From positions 72,379 through 92,378 of the forward strand of contig JBNGIO010005876.1 of assembly GCA_049999805.1 (NCBI GenBank): a stretch of DNA of 20,000 nucleotides, written 5' to 3'. The notes under the pieces are model-generated. The model was given only the letters and a program-made list of their open reading frames with translations, made no database searches and was not told the DNA's origin. A program made the translations under genes and the position numbers. Origin of the DNA: Folioceros fuciformis (Eukaryota). How positions within the stretch are numbered: the stretch's first letter is position 1; the number at the start of each line of letters is the position of its first letter. This document shows positions 11,913 to 20,000 of this stretch, in pieces.

Positions 11913-11983
11913 TTTATATTGGTGCCGGGATCTCGGGTACGCAATGCGGGAGAGCGACCTAGACGGCACCGCCTCGTATAAAA
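11913..11983. promoter_or_regulatory. Back-to-back TATA boxes (candidate bidirectional promoter for the CoA carrier and snoRNA cluster 1)
   Basis: TATAAA on the minus strand at 11918..11913 and TATAAAA on the plus strand at 11977-11983, between the two divergent units. Confidence 0.5.
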
Positions 11984-12185
11984 GCCATTTTTTAGGGCAG
12001 TGCCGTGACATCCGGTCCTTCTGTTCTGCGGCAGAGCCTCATTTGCGTCGTAAAGCTTTAGGGCTTTCTGTCATTCTTGTTGTGGGGTCCGAGGATCTGT
12101 CGTTATTCTGGTTGTGGGGTTGGGGCGTTTGTGGTCAGCTTCGCTGTGTGGTCACCGTTGGTTGTCATCCTTGTTGTATGGTCTC

Positions 12186-12253
12186 GTGATGAATGAGTAA
12201 GCTGCAACAACATGCGCGGGCTTTGATTACTAGCAAACATTTCTCGATGCTGA
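12186..12253 (+). ncRNA. Box C/D snoRNA 'A' copy 1 (predicted guides for 18S rRNA and U6 snRNA)
   Basis: Box C GTGATGA at 12186, D' ATGC, C' TTGATTA, box D CTGA at 12250. D' guide AGCTGCAACAAC pairs with 18S GUUGUUGCAGUU. D guide CATTTCTCGAT pairs with plant U6 AUCGAGAAAUG. Conserved with copy 2. Confidence 0.75.
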
Positions 12254-13031
12254 TACTGCATGTTGCTCGGTCGGGTTCGGTCGGGTTGACAACATCAAGT
12301 CGGATTTGACTGATGAGAAGTGCGTTGTGATGAACGAGTGCCTTTCATCGTGGCAGTTCGTAGTCACAGCGTAGTCCCGCCTTCATCTACGGTGTCTGGG
12401 CTGGGAGGTGGTGAGGACTGCGTGTGATGTGCTTCAACGTCATTCTTTTACACATACTGTACCTTGCAGCGATTATGTTTTAATTAATCATGCAGCGATG
12501 ATGTTTTATCGTGCGCTGTGTGCTTTGTTTCGACCAGTTTTTTCATGGATACTAGGCCATTAGCTTAGGAGGGCCCCCTTGACTACAAGCATATATTTCT
12601 CAATGGTGATGAGTCCATGTTGCGAGGTGTGTGGCGTACAGCATCAAATCTTTCGTTTGCAGTTCAAGTAGCTGCAGGATCCGACTGAGCCTGCCTGCAG
12701 CCGCGGTGTCTGGGCTGCGCGACGGGGTGCAGCCGTAGTGTGTGGGCTGTGCGACGTGGTGCAGCGTCGGGGTTTACCTCTGCGGAGTGGTGCTCCCGTG
12801 GTGTCTGCTGTGCGAAGTGGTGTTAGATTTCAGTCTCATCTCTTGCAACGATATTTTGATATCATCACCAGTGACGTTAAGATTATTTATCACGATTGAA
12901 CAGAAGTTTTATCCGGAGCTGCTCATCTGTTCGGTGCCTTTGTGTCACTAGTTTTCAGCGTCTGTTAGGTCCTGTTGTAGGGTTTGTCAGTCTCTATAGT
13001 TTTCAGGGTCTGTTAGGGTTTGCTTCTCGCA

Positions 13032-13113
13032 GTGAAGATGATTGGAAGTGGTCTGTGTTTCTGACAGCTCAAGGCATATGAAGGTGCATTGTCTTTTTTT
13101 TTTTTCTCCTTGA
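13032..13113 (+). ncRNA. U18: U18/SNORD18-like snoRNA copy 1 (3' end degenerate)
   Basis: GTGAAGA, then TGGTCTGTGTTT-CTGA (one G-U pair against 25S AAACACGGACCA). The terminal region is replaced by a T-run. Confidence 0.55.
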
Positions 13114-13293
13114 GCCTCGTTGAGCCGGTGGTTCGTTTGATCTCAAATGTATTACATCCGGATAAGGTGCGAGTCGTTGGAACGGGCTGAACACTTGCAG
13201 GTCTTTCATTCCTTCGGCAGGACCGTAATGGTGACATCTGATTTCGTTTCCGAGTGCCCCTATCAGCTGGTGCTCCCTCACGTTCTGGCAGGG

Positions 13294-13371
13294 ATGATGA
13301 TGCAATTAGATGTCAGAGGTGGGTTTACCACTTGTGATGATAAAATCTTGAGGCATATCCATTCTTACTGA
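13294..13371 (+). ncRNA. Box C/D snoRNA 'D' copy 1, target not identified
   Basis: C ATGATGA 13294, D' CAGA 13314, internal stem GTGG/CCAC, C' GTGATGA 13334, D CTGA 13368, terminal stem GCAGG/CCTGC. Confidence 0.8.
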
Positions 13372-13668
13372 CCTGCTTTGCTCTGCGGTATCCTAGCTTT
13401 GATCAGGATCCCACCGGTAATATCTTTTGCGGCCTAGATATTCTTTCTACTGCTTTGGTTTCGTGTAGCTTCCTCGTGTCGGGTCCTTTAGCACAGTGAG
13501 TCCTTTGGTCTTCCATAGTTCAACAAAGTATGATATGGGGACAAAGTATCAGGCCTGTCGTGGGCAACCAGTCGTAGGTTCTGACTGCATGTCCCAGCAT
13601 GTCTCAGTGGTGTCTGGGCTGTGAAATGATGCGTATGATAGTGATTCCATCTCAATTCTCGTTCAGCG

Positions 13669-13737
13669 ATGATGAGTTCTCTTATACATGTTAGACTGTT
13701 GAGATGACTAATCATCAGTGAACACAAGAGTTACTGA
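13669..13737 (+). ncRNA. snoR58Y: snR58/snoR58Y-like box C/D snoRNA
   Basis: C ATGATGA 13669. Guide ATACATGTTAGACT (13684-13697) is antisense to 25S AGUCUAACAUGUAU. D' TTGA puts the +5 position on the C equivalent to yeast Cm663. D CTGA 13734, terminal stem GTTCAG/CTGAGC. Confidence 0.8.
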
Positions 13738-13815
13738 GCTGCGCAGCTGACCAGTCAGCTGTGTTTTAGTTTTCAGGGCCAGGTTGGATCTTACGCATTG
13801 TCTTCGATCTCTTCA

Positions 13816-13876
13816 ATGAAGATCACTGGATTTGGTCTGTATTTCCGACAGCCAAAGGTGCAAGAAACCTTTTTGA
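13816..13876 (+). pseudogene. U18-like snoRNA copy 2, diverged
   Basis: ATGAAGA...TTGGTCTGTATTT-CCGA...TTTTTGA. Guide and boxes are mutated relative to the other copies. Confidence 0.5.
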
Positions 13877-14546
13877 TTTTCTGGGAAAATCCGTTGAGGC
13901 GGTGTTTCGTTTAGTCCCAAGCGTTGTAGATGCGGGTAGGATGTGTCATTGTTCCTTGCCAGTGCAAGGGGTTGAACTGGTGCAGTTCTTTCATCCCCTG
14001 CGTTGGCAGTACCGCAGACAGTGACCGGCGAGTGTTGTCATCTGGCTTCGTGCCTATTTCCGGGCATTGGCTGTTTCGTGCAAACTTTCTAGATGCCAGG
14101 AGATGTTAGATAAGGGGTTACCACTTTGTTGACTAAACCTTGAAGCGCATCCTGTCTTATTGATCTACCTTGGTCTACCGCCTGCTGTTTTTTATTTGAT
14201 GCACGCTCATTGTCTTTTGTTATCTAGATATTGTTGCGAGTGTGTTTGGGCTTCGTCTTGATTCCCAGTGGCCCGTCCTGTTGCGCAGTGGATCCTTCAC
14301 GTGTTTCCCTGCTGTGGTAGGTAGCTGGGCTCTTCTGATCGAGAGCAAGTATGGCACCCCATACGGATAGAAGAGCTTGACTAGGGTCGTAGATTATTGA
14401 GTCAAAGAATCAGGGCTTTCCTAACTCCACCCGCTGTAGATTGTGACTTGAGTGTCCCTGCGTTCAGGCTTCTGTCTGGGCTGTGAAATAGTGCAGACTT
14501 GAGTGATTGTGCTTGAGTCAAGTTCCCTGGAATTATACCTTACAGC

Positions 14547-14616
14547 GATATGAGTTTTTCCTCGACATGTTACACTGTTAAGATGTTTGATCGCAGTGAA
14601 CTCGAACTTATCCTGA
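14547..14616 (+). pseudogene. Degenerate snR58-like copy (another at ~12848-12917)
   Basis: GATATGAG...ACATGTTACACTGTTAAGATG...GTGAAC...TTATCCTGAG aligns to 13669 and 16502 with box C and guide mutations. Confidence 0.55.
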
Positions 14617-14700
14617 GTTGCGCTGCCTACCAGTGTCGAGTGTGTTCTTGCTTTCAGGGTGTGTTGTGTAGCGCTTGTGTAGGGTTTACGAGCACTCTCA

Positions 14701-14769
14701 GTGAAGATGATCGCAATTGGTCCGTGTTTCTTATAGCCAAAGGCATACGAAGACACTTGACCTCTCTGA
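14701..14769 (+). ncRNA. U18: U18-like snoRNA copy 3
   Basis: GTGAAGA, perfect guide TTGGTCCGTGTTT, D' CTTA, D CTGA 14766. Confidence 0.65.
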
Positions 14770-15297
14770 TCCTCTGAGAAACACGTCGGTCTTTCTGACG
14801 CTTCGTCGGAAGTGTTACGAACTCCCGGCAAAATCCGAACCTATCGGAAGTAGGTGATGTCTTATTGTCAGCTGTCGGGCACGATGTACGCTCCTCTCCT
14901 TGTGTACAATTATGGTGTTTGGCACTCACTGTTTTGTTTTATATTCGTAGACAATCATTCCAGTCTTTTGGAATAATTAATGTGTATTGTGATTAACTTA
15001 TAGAAAATCACTGGTTCCTAAGTGTTTTTTGGCAAATTTTCGATGGTATTCCTTCTTCGCCTACACTATATCTCACCGTCGATGCTCCAAACTATGCATG
15101 ATGCAAAATGTGATATACAATTTTTGGGCACCGATAACTCTTGGTACCAAAACCTACGGTGCCCGGTCGCGGGTTTGCTAAACATGCGACTGCTCAAACC
15201 CGGGGCCGTAAGTAACGGGCCGGGGTTCCGGGCGAGGGCGAGGGCGAGGGCGAAGCCGCCCCACACAGGTTGGAGCGCGACATCAGGGTTCCAGCAC

Positions 15298-15305
15298 TAT
15301 AAAAA
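15298..15305 (+). promoter_or_regulatory. TATA box of snoRNA cluster 2
   Basis: TATAAAAAGCC matches TATAAAAGCC at 11977. Both lie ~200 nt upstream of snoRNA A and are followed by homologous leader sequence (TGTCATTCTTG..GTGGGGTCCGAG). Confidence 0.6.
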
Positions 15306-15490
15306 GCCGGGTTAGGGGAAAGCTGTGGAAGTGGGTAGGTCATTTCTCTCTGCGGTCGAGGCGGCTCTTGGGGCCTCATTCGTGTCGTGAGTCTCTGGGA
15401 TTTGTGTGATCCAAGTCGAGGGTTCCGAGTGTTCTTGTCATTCTTGGCGTGGGGTCCGAGCGTTCGCCGTCATTCATGTTGTAGGATCAC

Positions 15491-15558
15491 GTGATGAATG
15501 AGAAAACTGCAACAATATGAGCACGCTTTGATTAGAAGCAAACATTTCTCGATGCTGA
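15491..15558 (+). ncRNA. Box C/D snoRNA 'A' copy 2
   Basis: C GTGATGA, D' guide AACTGCAACAA, D' ATGA, C' TTGATTA, D guide CATTTCTCGAT, D CTGA 15555. Confidence 0.8.
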
Positions 15559-15853
15559 TGACTAAGTGTTGCTAGGTCAGGTGTACAGTATCAACTGCAC
15601 CGTTTCCAGTTCAACTATCTGTCGGATCCTTCTCAGTTTGTCTGCCTTGCAGCCGCGGTGTCTGGGCCATGCCTGATATACTGGGTGATCTGGTGCCGTG
15701 GTGTCTGGGCTTTGTGAAGTGGTGCAGCCGTGGTGTCTGCTCCGCGAAGTGGTGTGTGTCTCTTGCTACGACGTGTTTTGATATCATCATCACTGCCTTT
15801 GGGCCCCAGTTTTCAGGGTCGGCTAGGGCCTGGTGTAGGGTTTGCCAGTCTTA

Positions 15854-15914
15854 GTGAAGATGATTGGATGTGGTCCGTGTTTCTGACAGCCATGAAGACG
15901 CATGATCTTTCTGA
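15854..15914 (+). ncRNA. U18: U18-like snoRNA copy 4
   Basis: C GTGAAGA, guide TGGTCCGTGTTT plus D' CTGA (+5 rule gives the A equivalent to yeast 25S Am649), C' ATGAAGA, D CTGA 15911. Confidence 0.8.
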
Positions 15915-16087
15915 TCCGCTTCGGATCCTCGTTGAGGCGGTGGTTCTTTTTATCTCAAGTTTATTATCATGTGTAGTGTGCTGGACTGGTGCAGGTCTTT
16001 TACTTCCTCTAGAAACCCTAGGTGGTAACATCTGATTTCATTTCTGATTGCCTTTGTCGGCTGCTGTCGTCTAACGTTCTCGCAGGG

Positions 16088-16165
16088 ATGATGATGCAAT
16101 TAGATGTCAGAGGTGGGTTTACCACTTTTGATGATTAAACGTTGAGGCATATCCATTCTTACTGA
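16088..16165 (+). ncRNA. Box C/D snoRNA 'D' copy 2
   Basis: Near-identical to 13294-13371, with both guide regions unchanged and the GCAGG/CCTGC stem. Degenerate copies lie at ~14090-14163 and ~16930-17002. Confidence 0.8.
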
Positions 16166-16501
16166 CCTGCTTTGTTTTGCCGCTTCCTATCTTTGATTAG
16201 GATTCCACTGTTTATGTCTCTTGCGGTCTAGATATTTGGAAATTTGCTTTGGTTTCGTCTTGCATCCTCGTGTCTGATCCTTTTGCACAGTGTGTTGGTT
16301 TGTCTTCCATCCCAGCTGTAGCAGGTTGCTTTGCTTCTTTGTTCACTCCCGTATGGTATGAGGACAAAGTATCAGAAACCAGCTGCAGGTTCTGCTTGAG
16401 GGTCTGACTGCGTGTCCGTACCCACAGCCGTGGCATCTGGGCTGTGAAACAGTGCAGATTTGTTCGCCTGATTTTGTTCCCATCTCAAGTCTTGTTCAGC
16501 A

Positions 16502-16572
16502 ATGATGAATTCTCTTATACATGTTAGACTGTTGAGATGCCTGTTCATCAGTGAACGCAAGACTTATCCTGA
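16502..16572 (+). ncRNA. snoR58Y: snR58/snoR58Y-like box C/D snoRNA, second intact copy
   Basis: C ATGATGA, guide ATACATGTTAGACT 16517-16530, D' TTGA, D CTGA 16569. Confidence 0.8.
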
Positions 16573-16664
16573 GCTGCGCATCTGACCCTTGTTAAGGGTG
16601 ACCTAGTTTTTATGGGAAGTTGGGCTGTTGTGCAGGACCTTGTGCGGGTGCACGAGTGTCCTCG

Positions 16665-16735
16665 GAGAAGATGATTGGAACTGGTCCGTGTTTCTGACAG
16701 CCTAAAAGGCACTTGAAGAGACTTAACCTTTCTGA
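16665..16735 (+). ncRNA. U18: U18-like snoRNA copy 5
   Basis: Guide TGGTCCGTGTTT-CTGA 16682-16697, C' TTGAAGA, D CTGA 16732. Box C is altered (GAGAAGA / AGATGAT). Confidence 0.65.
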
Positions 16736-17667
16736 TTCTCTGGGAAAATCTGTGGACGACTTTTTGGGTTTGTCCTCTCCGCAATAGATTCTTGTAGGGT
16801 GTTTGTCGCCGTTTCTGGCCAGTGTAGTGGATTGAATGGTGTCTTGTGTGGGCATCGCCGTATATGGTGACTTTAGATCGTCATCTGCCTTCCTTTTCAG
16901 TTTCTCTTTTCTGCTGTTGTCCCCTAACTTCTGGGACATTGGATGTCAAAATAATTTGCCAGTTCTGATGGCTGAACCTTTAGGGATATCTATTCGCTCT
17001 GAGCTTTGTTTTGCGCCTGCTGTCGTCGATCGGAATCTCCTCAGTCGATTGAGCTATGCGGGTGTTTTGGCTTGGTCGTGTCTCCTTTTCCCTTCCTGTC
17101 GCAGGGTGGGTTTTTTCCGTGCCTTTACCTCATCTGTGGCAGATTGCGGATCTGGGTCACAGGTCTTGTTTCGATACACGCCATGCGAGCGTAACAGTTC
17201 CACAATGGTAGTGGAGTGAGGAGGCCAAATGATGAGACCTTTCCTAGGTCAACCATGATGCGGGCAGATGCTTTCCGGCATATCTGAGAATTATGTATTT
17301 GATGGCCCCCCCGAAAATAGCCGTTCCAGCCTTTTGCAACTTAGGTATTCGAAATCCAGTGCACTCGTGTTGTGGACAGCATTGGGAAATCCATATCCTT
17401 GTCACCAAAGAGGTAGTTGGATCCAGTAAACTGCGTTGAAAGTGTGCAGCGGGCCATCTTGGCCAACCGTCACTGTAGCATCCGAAAGGATAGTAATCTT
17501 GGATGAAGCTATATTATATATAGTGAGTCCTCTAATGGGCTTCGCTCAACTTTTTATCCTGTGGATAGCCGACCTGTGACCTCCCTACTGAATGATGGGT
17601 TTGAGTAACACCCTCTTCAAGGTGGGGCAGAACCACGCAGTTCGAAGCCAGGGTTAATTTTAAATAC

Positions 17668-18005
17668 CGGACACAGCACTAGGCCTCCAAGTAGCCTGTC
17701 CTCCAGCATACCTTTGCTGCTGCTCTTTATTCGGACATAGCATTAGGCTGCTGCTCTTTATTCGGACACAGCACTAGGCCTCCAAGTAGCCTGTCCTCCT
17801 AGAAGCTCCAAGTAGCCTAAGTAGCCTGTCCTCCTAAAAGCTCCAAGTAGCCTAAGTAGCCTGTCCTCCTAGAAGCTCCAAGTAGCCTAAGTAGCCTGTC
17901 CTCCTAGAAGCTCCAAGTAGCCTAAGTAGCCTCCTAGAAGCTCCAANNNNNNNNNNGAAGCTCCAAGTAGCCTAAGTAGCCTCCTAGAAGCTCCAAGTAG
18001 CCTGC
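17668..18005. repeat. Tandem repeat, ~35-bp unit AGAAGCTCCAAGTAGCCTAAGTAGCCTGTCCTCCT
   Basis: Units at 17801, 17836, 17871, 17906 and onward, plus a preceding duplicated CGGACACAGCACTAGGCCTCCAAGTAGCC. Contains a short N gap. Confidence 0.95.
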
Positions 18006-18095
18006 CCTCCTCTTCTAGGAGGATTCGTAGGCAGCATCCTTGCTGCTGCTCTTTATTCAAATTACGAGTCAACAAGAACATACAGAATTGGAGGG

Positions 18096-18143
18096 CTAGA
18101 GAGAACTCCCTATCTTTGCCTAGAGAGAACTCCCTATCTTTGC
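18096..18143. repeat. 24-bp direct duplication CTAGAGAGAACTCCCTATCTTTGC
   Basis: Two adjacent exact copies. Confidence 0.9.
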
Positions 18144-18199
18144 CTAAGCTAGGAGTTTAGCTCTCCCTTCTCTTGGCCTCCTCCCACAGCTCCTTCACA

Positions 18200-18812
18200 G
18201 CACCTTTCATGTGCTTTCACAACCCAAGCAACACATGCTCTCAAGGCAAAAAAGCCCAAGCACCCAGTGCTCTCAAGGCATAGCCCAAGCAACACATGCT
18301 TTCACAGCCCAAGCAACACATGCTTTCACAGCCCAAGCAACACATGCTCTCAAGGCAAAAAAGCCCAAGCACCCAGTGCTCTCAAGGCATAGCCCAAGCA
18401 ACACATGCTCTCACAGCCCAAGCAACACATGCTCTCACAGCCCAAGCAACACATGCTTCAAGGCAAAACAACCCAAGCACCCAGTGCTCTCAAGGCATAG
18501 CCCAAGCAACACATGCTCTCAAGGCAAAGCCCAAGCAGCACCTTTCATGTGCTCTCATAGCCCAAGCAACACATACTCTCAAGGCAAAGCCCAAGCAGCA
18601 CCTTTCATGTGCTCTCACAGCCCAAGCAACACATGCTCTCAAGGCAAAAAAGCCCAAGCACCCAGTGCTCTCAAGGCATAGCCCAAGCAACACATGCTCT
18701 CAAGGCAAAGCCCAAGCACCCAGTGCTCTCAAGGCTTTGAGGAGATACTCATCTCAACTCCATTGTACTCTCAAGGCTTTGAGGAGATACTCATTTCAAC
18801 TCCATTGTACTG
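18200..18812. repeat. Compound satellite built on GCCCAAGCA / TGCTCTC(A) modules (24-bp core), ending in a 42-bp duplication
   Basis: ACAGCCCAAGCAACACATGCTYTC and AAGGCAAAAAAGCCCAAGCACCCAGTGCTCTC variants are interleaved. CTCTCAAGGCTTTGAGGAGATACTCAT.TCAACTCCATTGTA occurs twice. Confidence 0.95.
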
Positions 18813-19154
18813 AACTTCCCTTAGCCCTTGGCTAGGTCCCCTTTTATACACAAGCTCAAGTCACTAACTTAGCAACTACTTACTTAAGCACTTACTTAAG
18901 CCTTAAGCTATTATTCACTACCACACACTTTTTCCTAGGGCTGCATGCTTCTCATGCTCTTAGTAACCTGCTCTGCTAAACATGCCTCTACATGGAGCTT
19001 ACTTGCTTGGCACTCAAACCAACGTTGTTACTGTTTGGGTACTTCCTATCTACTCTCTACTAAATAGCGGGTTTTTCAGCGCTTAAACCTCACCCAAAGT
19101 TTATTGCCTTCTCGAAGTTTATTACCTTCTTTTGGAGAGGCGTGCAGCATTCTC

Positions 19155-19410
19155 TGTTTCGCGCTCGGCCACCGGCTAGACAAAGAAGCTGTGGTGCATC
19201 CAATTGTTCCGCGCTCGGCCACCGGCTAGACAAAGAAGCNNNNNNNNNNGTGCATCCAATTGTTCCGCGCTCGGCCACCGGCTAGACAAAGAAGCCAGGG
19301 TGCATCCAATTGTTCCGCGCTCGGCCACCGGCTAGACAAAGAAGCCGTGGTGCATCCAATTGTTCCGCACTCGGCCACCGGCTAGACATAGAAGCCATGG
19401 TGCATCCAAG
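19155..19410. repeat. 50-bp tandem repeat, about 5 copies
   Basis: TGTTCCGCGCTCGGCCACCGGCTAGACAAAGAAGCnnnGGTGCATCCAAT at 19261, 19311, 19361 and earlier. Confidence 0.95.
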
Positions 19411-19544
19411 TCCTGCATTGTGCGGGCTTTTGCATTTGCGGGCTAGAGAGTTTGAACGGGCTTGGTCTCTTTAGATCTTTGGTCGATTGTGCAAGCAAAG
19501 GCTCAAGGGTATTCTGTAGTAGGTCTTCCTCTTAAGTAACCCCG

Positions 19545-20000
19545 TCTCAAGTTCAAGGGTATCCAGCAACGATCTCAAACACTCAAACGCAACGATCTCA
19601 NNNNNNNNNNNNNNNNNNNNNNNNNNNNNNNNNNNNNNNNNNNNNNNNNNNNNNNNNNNNNNNNNNNNNNNNNNNNNNNNNNNNNNNNNNNNNNNNNNNN
19701 CGCAACGATCTCAAACACTCAAACGCAACGATCTCAAACACTCAAACACAACGATCTCAAACACTCAAACGCAACGATCTCAAACACTCAAACGCAACGA
19801 TCACAAACACAAGGGTATTCAACAACTCCAATCTCAAGTTCAAGGGTCTTTAGTAACCCAGATCTCAAGTTCAAGTTCAAGGGTATCCAGCAACGATCTC
19901 AAACACTCAAATGCAACGATCTCAAACACTCAAACGCAACGATCTCAAACACAAGGGTATTCAACAACTCCAATCTCAAGTTCAAGGGTCTTTAGTAACC
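19545..20000. repeat. 23-bp tandem repeat AACGATCTCAAACACTCAAACGC with higher-order blocks
   Basis: Repeated units flank the 19601-19700 gap. The block CAAGGGTATTCAACAACTCCAATCTCAAGTTCAAGGGTCTTTAGTAACC occurs twice. Confidence 0.95.

Noticed and set aside
11369-11981. Overlapping 191-aa (minus) and 163-aa (plus) ORFs
   Set aside because: They lie in the GC-rich promoter/leader region, start at non-ATG codons and show no domain similarity.
12327-12400. GTGATGA box C candidate
   Set aside because: No properly placed CTGA or identifiable guide; more likely a remnant of a snoRNA A duplication.
12742-17219. Short similar ORFs such as SEDDWKWSVFLTA / SEDDRNWSVFLIA / SEDDWMWSVFLTA
   Set aside because: The peptide similarity comes from the conserved U18 box C and guide sequence; frames and starts are not conserved between copies.
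18211-18835. Repetitive 156-aa and 179-aa ORFs
   Set aside because: Products of a stop-poor satellite that is open in several frames; no sign of coding function.
19155-20000. CRISPR-like appearance of the 50-bp and 23-bp repeats
   Set aside because: Head-to-tail units without unique spacers, no cas genes, eukaryotic context.

Overview
Eukaryotic, gene-dense plant nuclear DNA with uniform ~85-115 nt GT-AG introns, consistent with a compact early-diverging land-plant genome such as a hornwort (inference). Left to right: an unidentified spliced minus-strand gene running off the left edge; an intronless DUF4326-type gene of bacterial/phage character; a plastid COG0212/MTHFSD gene carrying an extra RRM-like domain; a complete PSA2 (photosystem I assembly 2) coding region that has no own transit peptide and splices in frame onto the COG0212 exon, suggesting a fusion or polyprotein; a LysM-RLK-related cytoplasmic pseudokinase; and a 7-exon mitochondrial CoA-carrier gene. 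About 12.0-17.0 kb is non-coding and holds two TATA-led, tandemly amplified box C/D snoRNA clusters: U18-like, snR58-like, an apparent dual 18S rRNA + U6 snRNA guide, and an orphan. The last ~2.4 kb is a mosaic of tandem repeats with assembly gaps. rRNA, U6 and protein comparisons are from memory, not from a database search.
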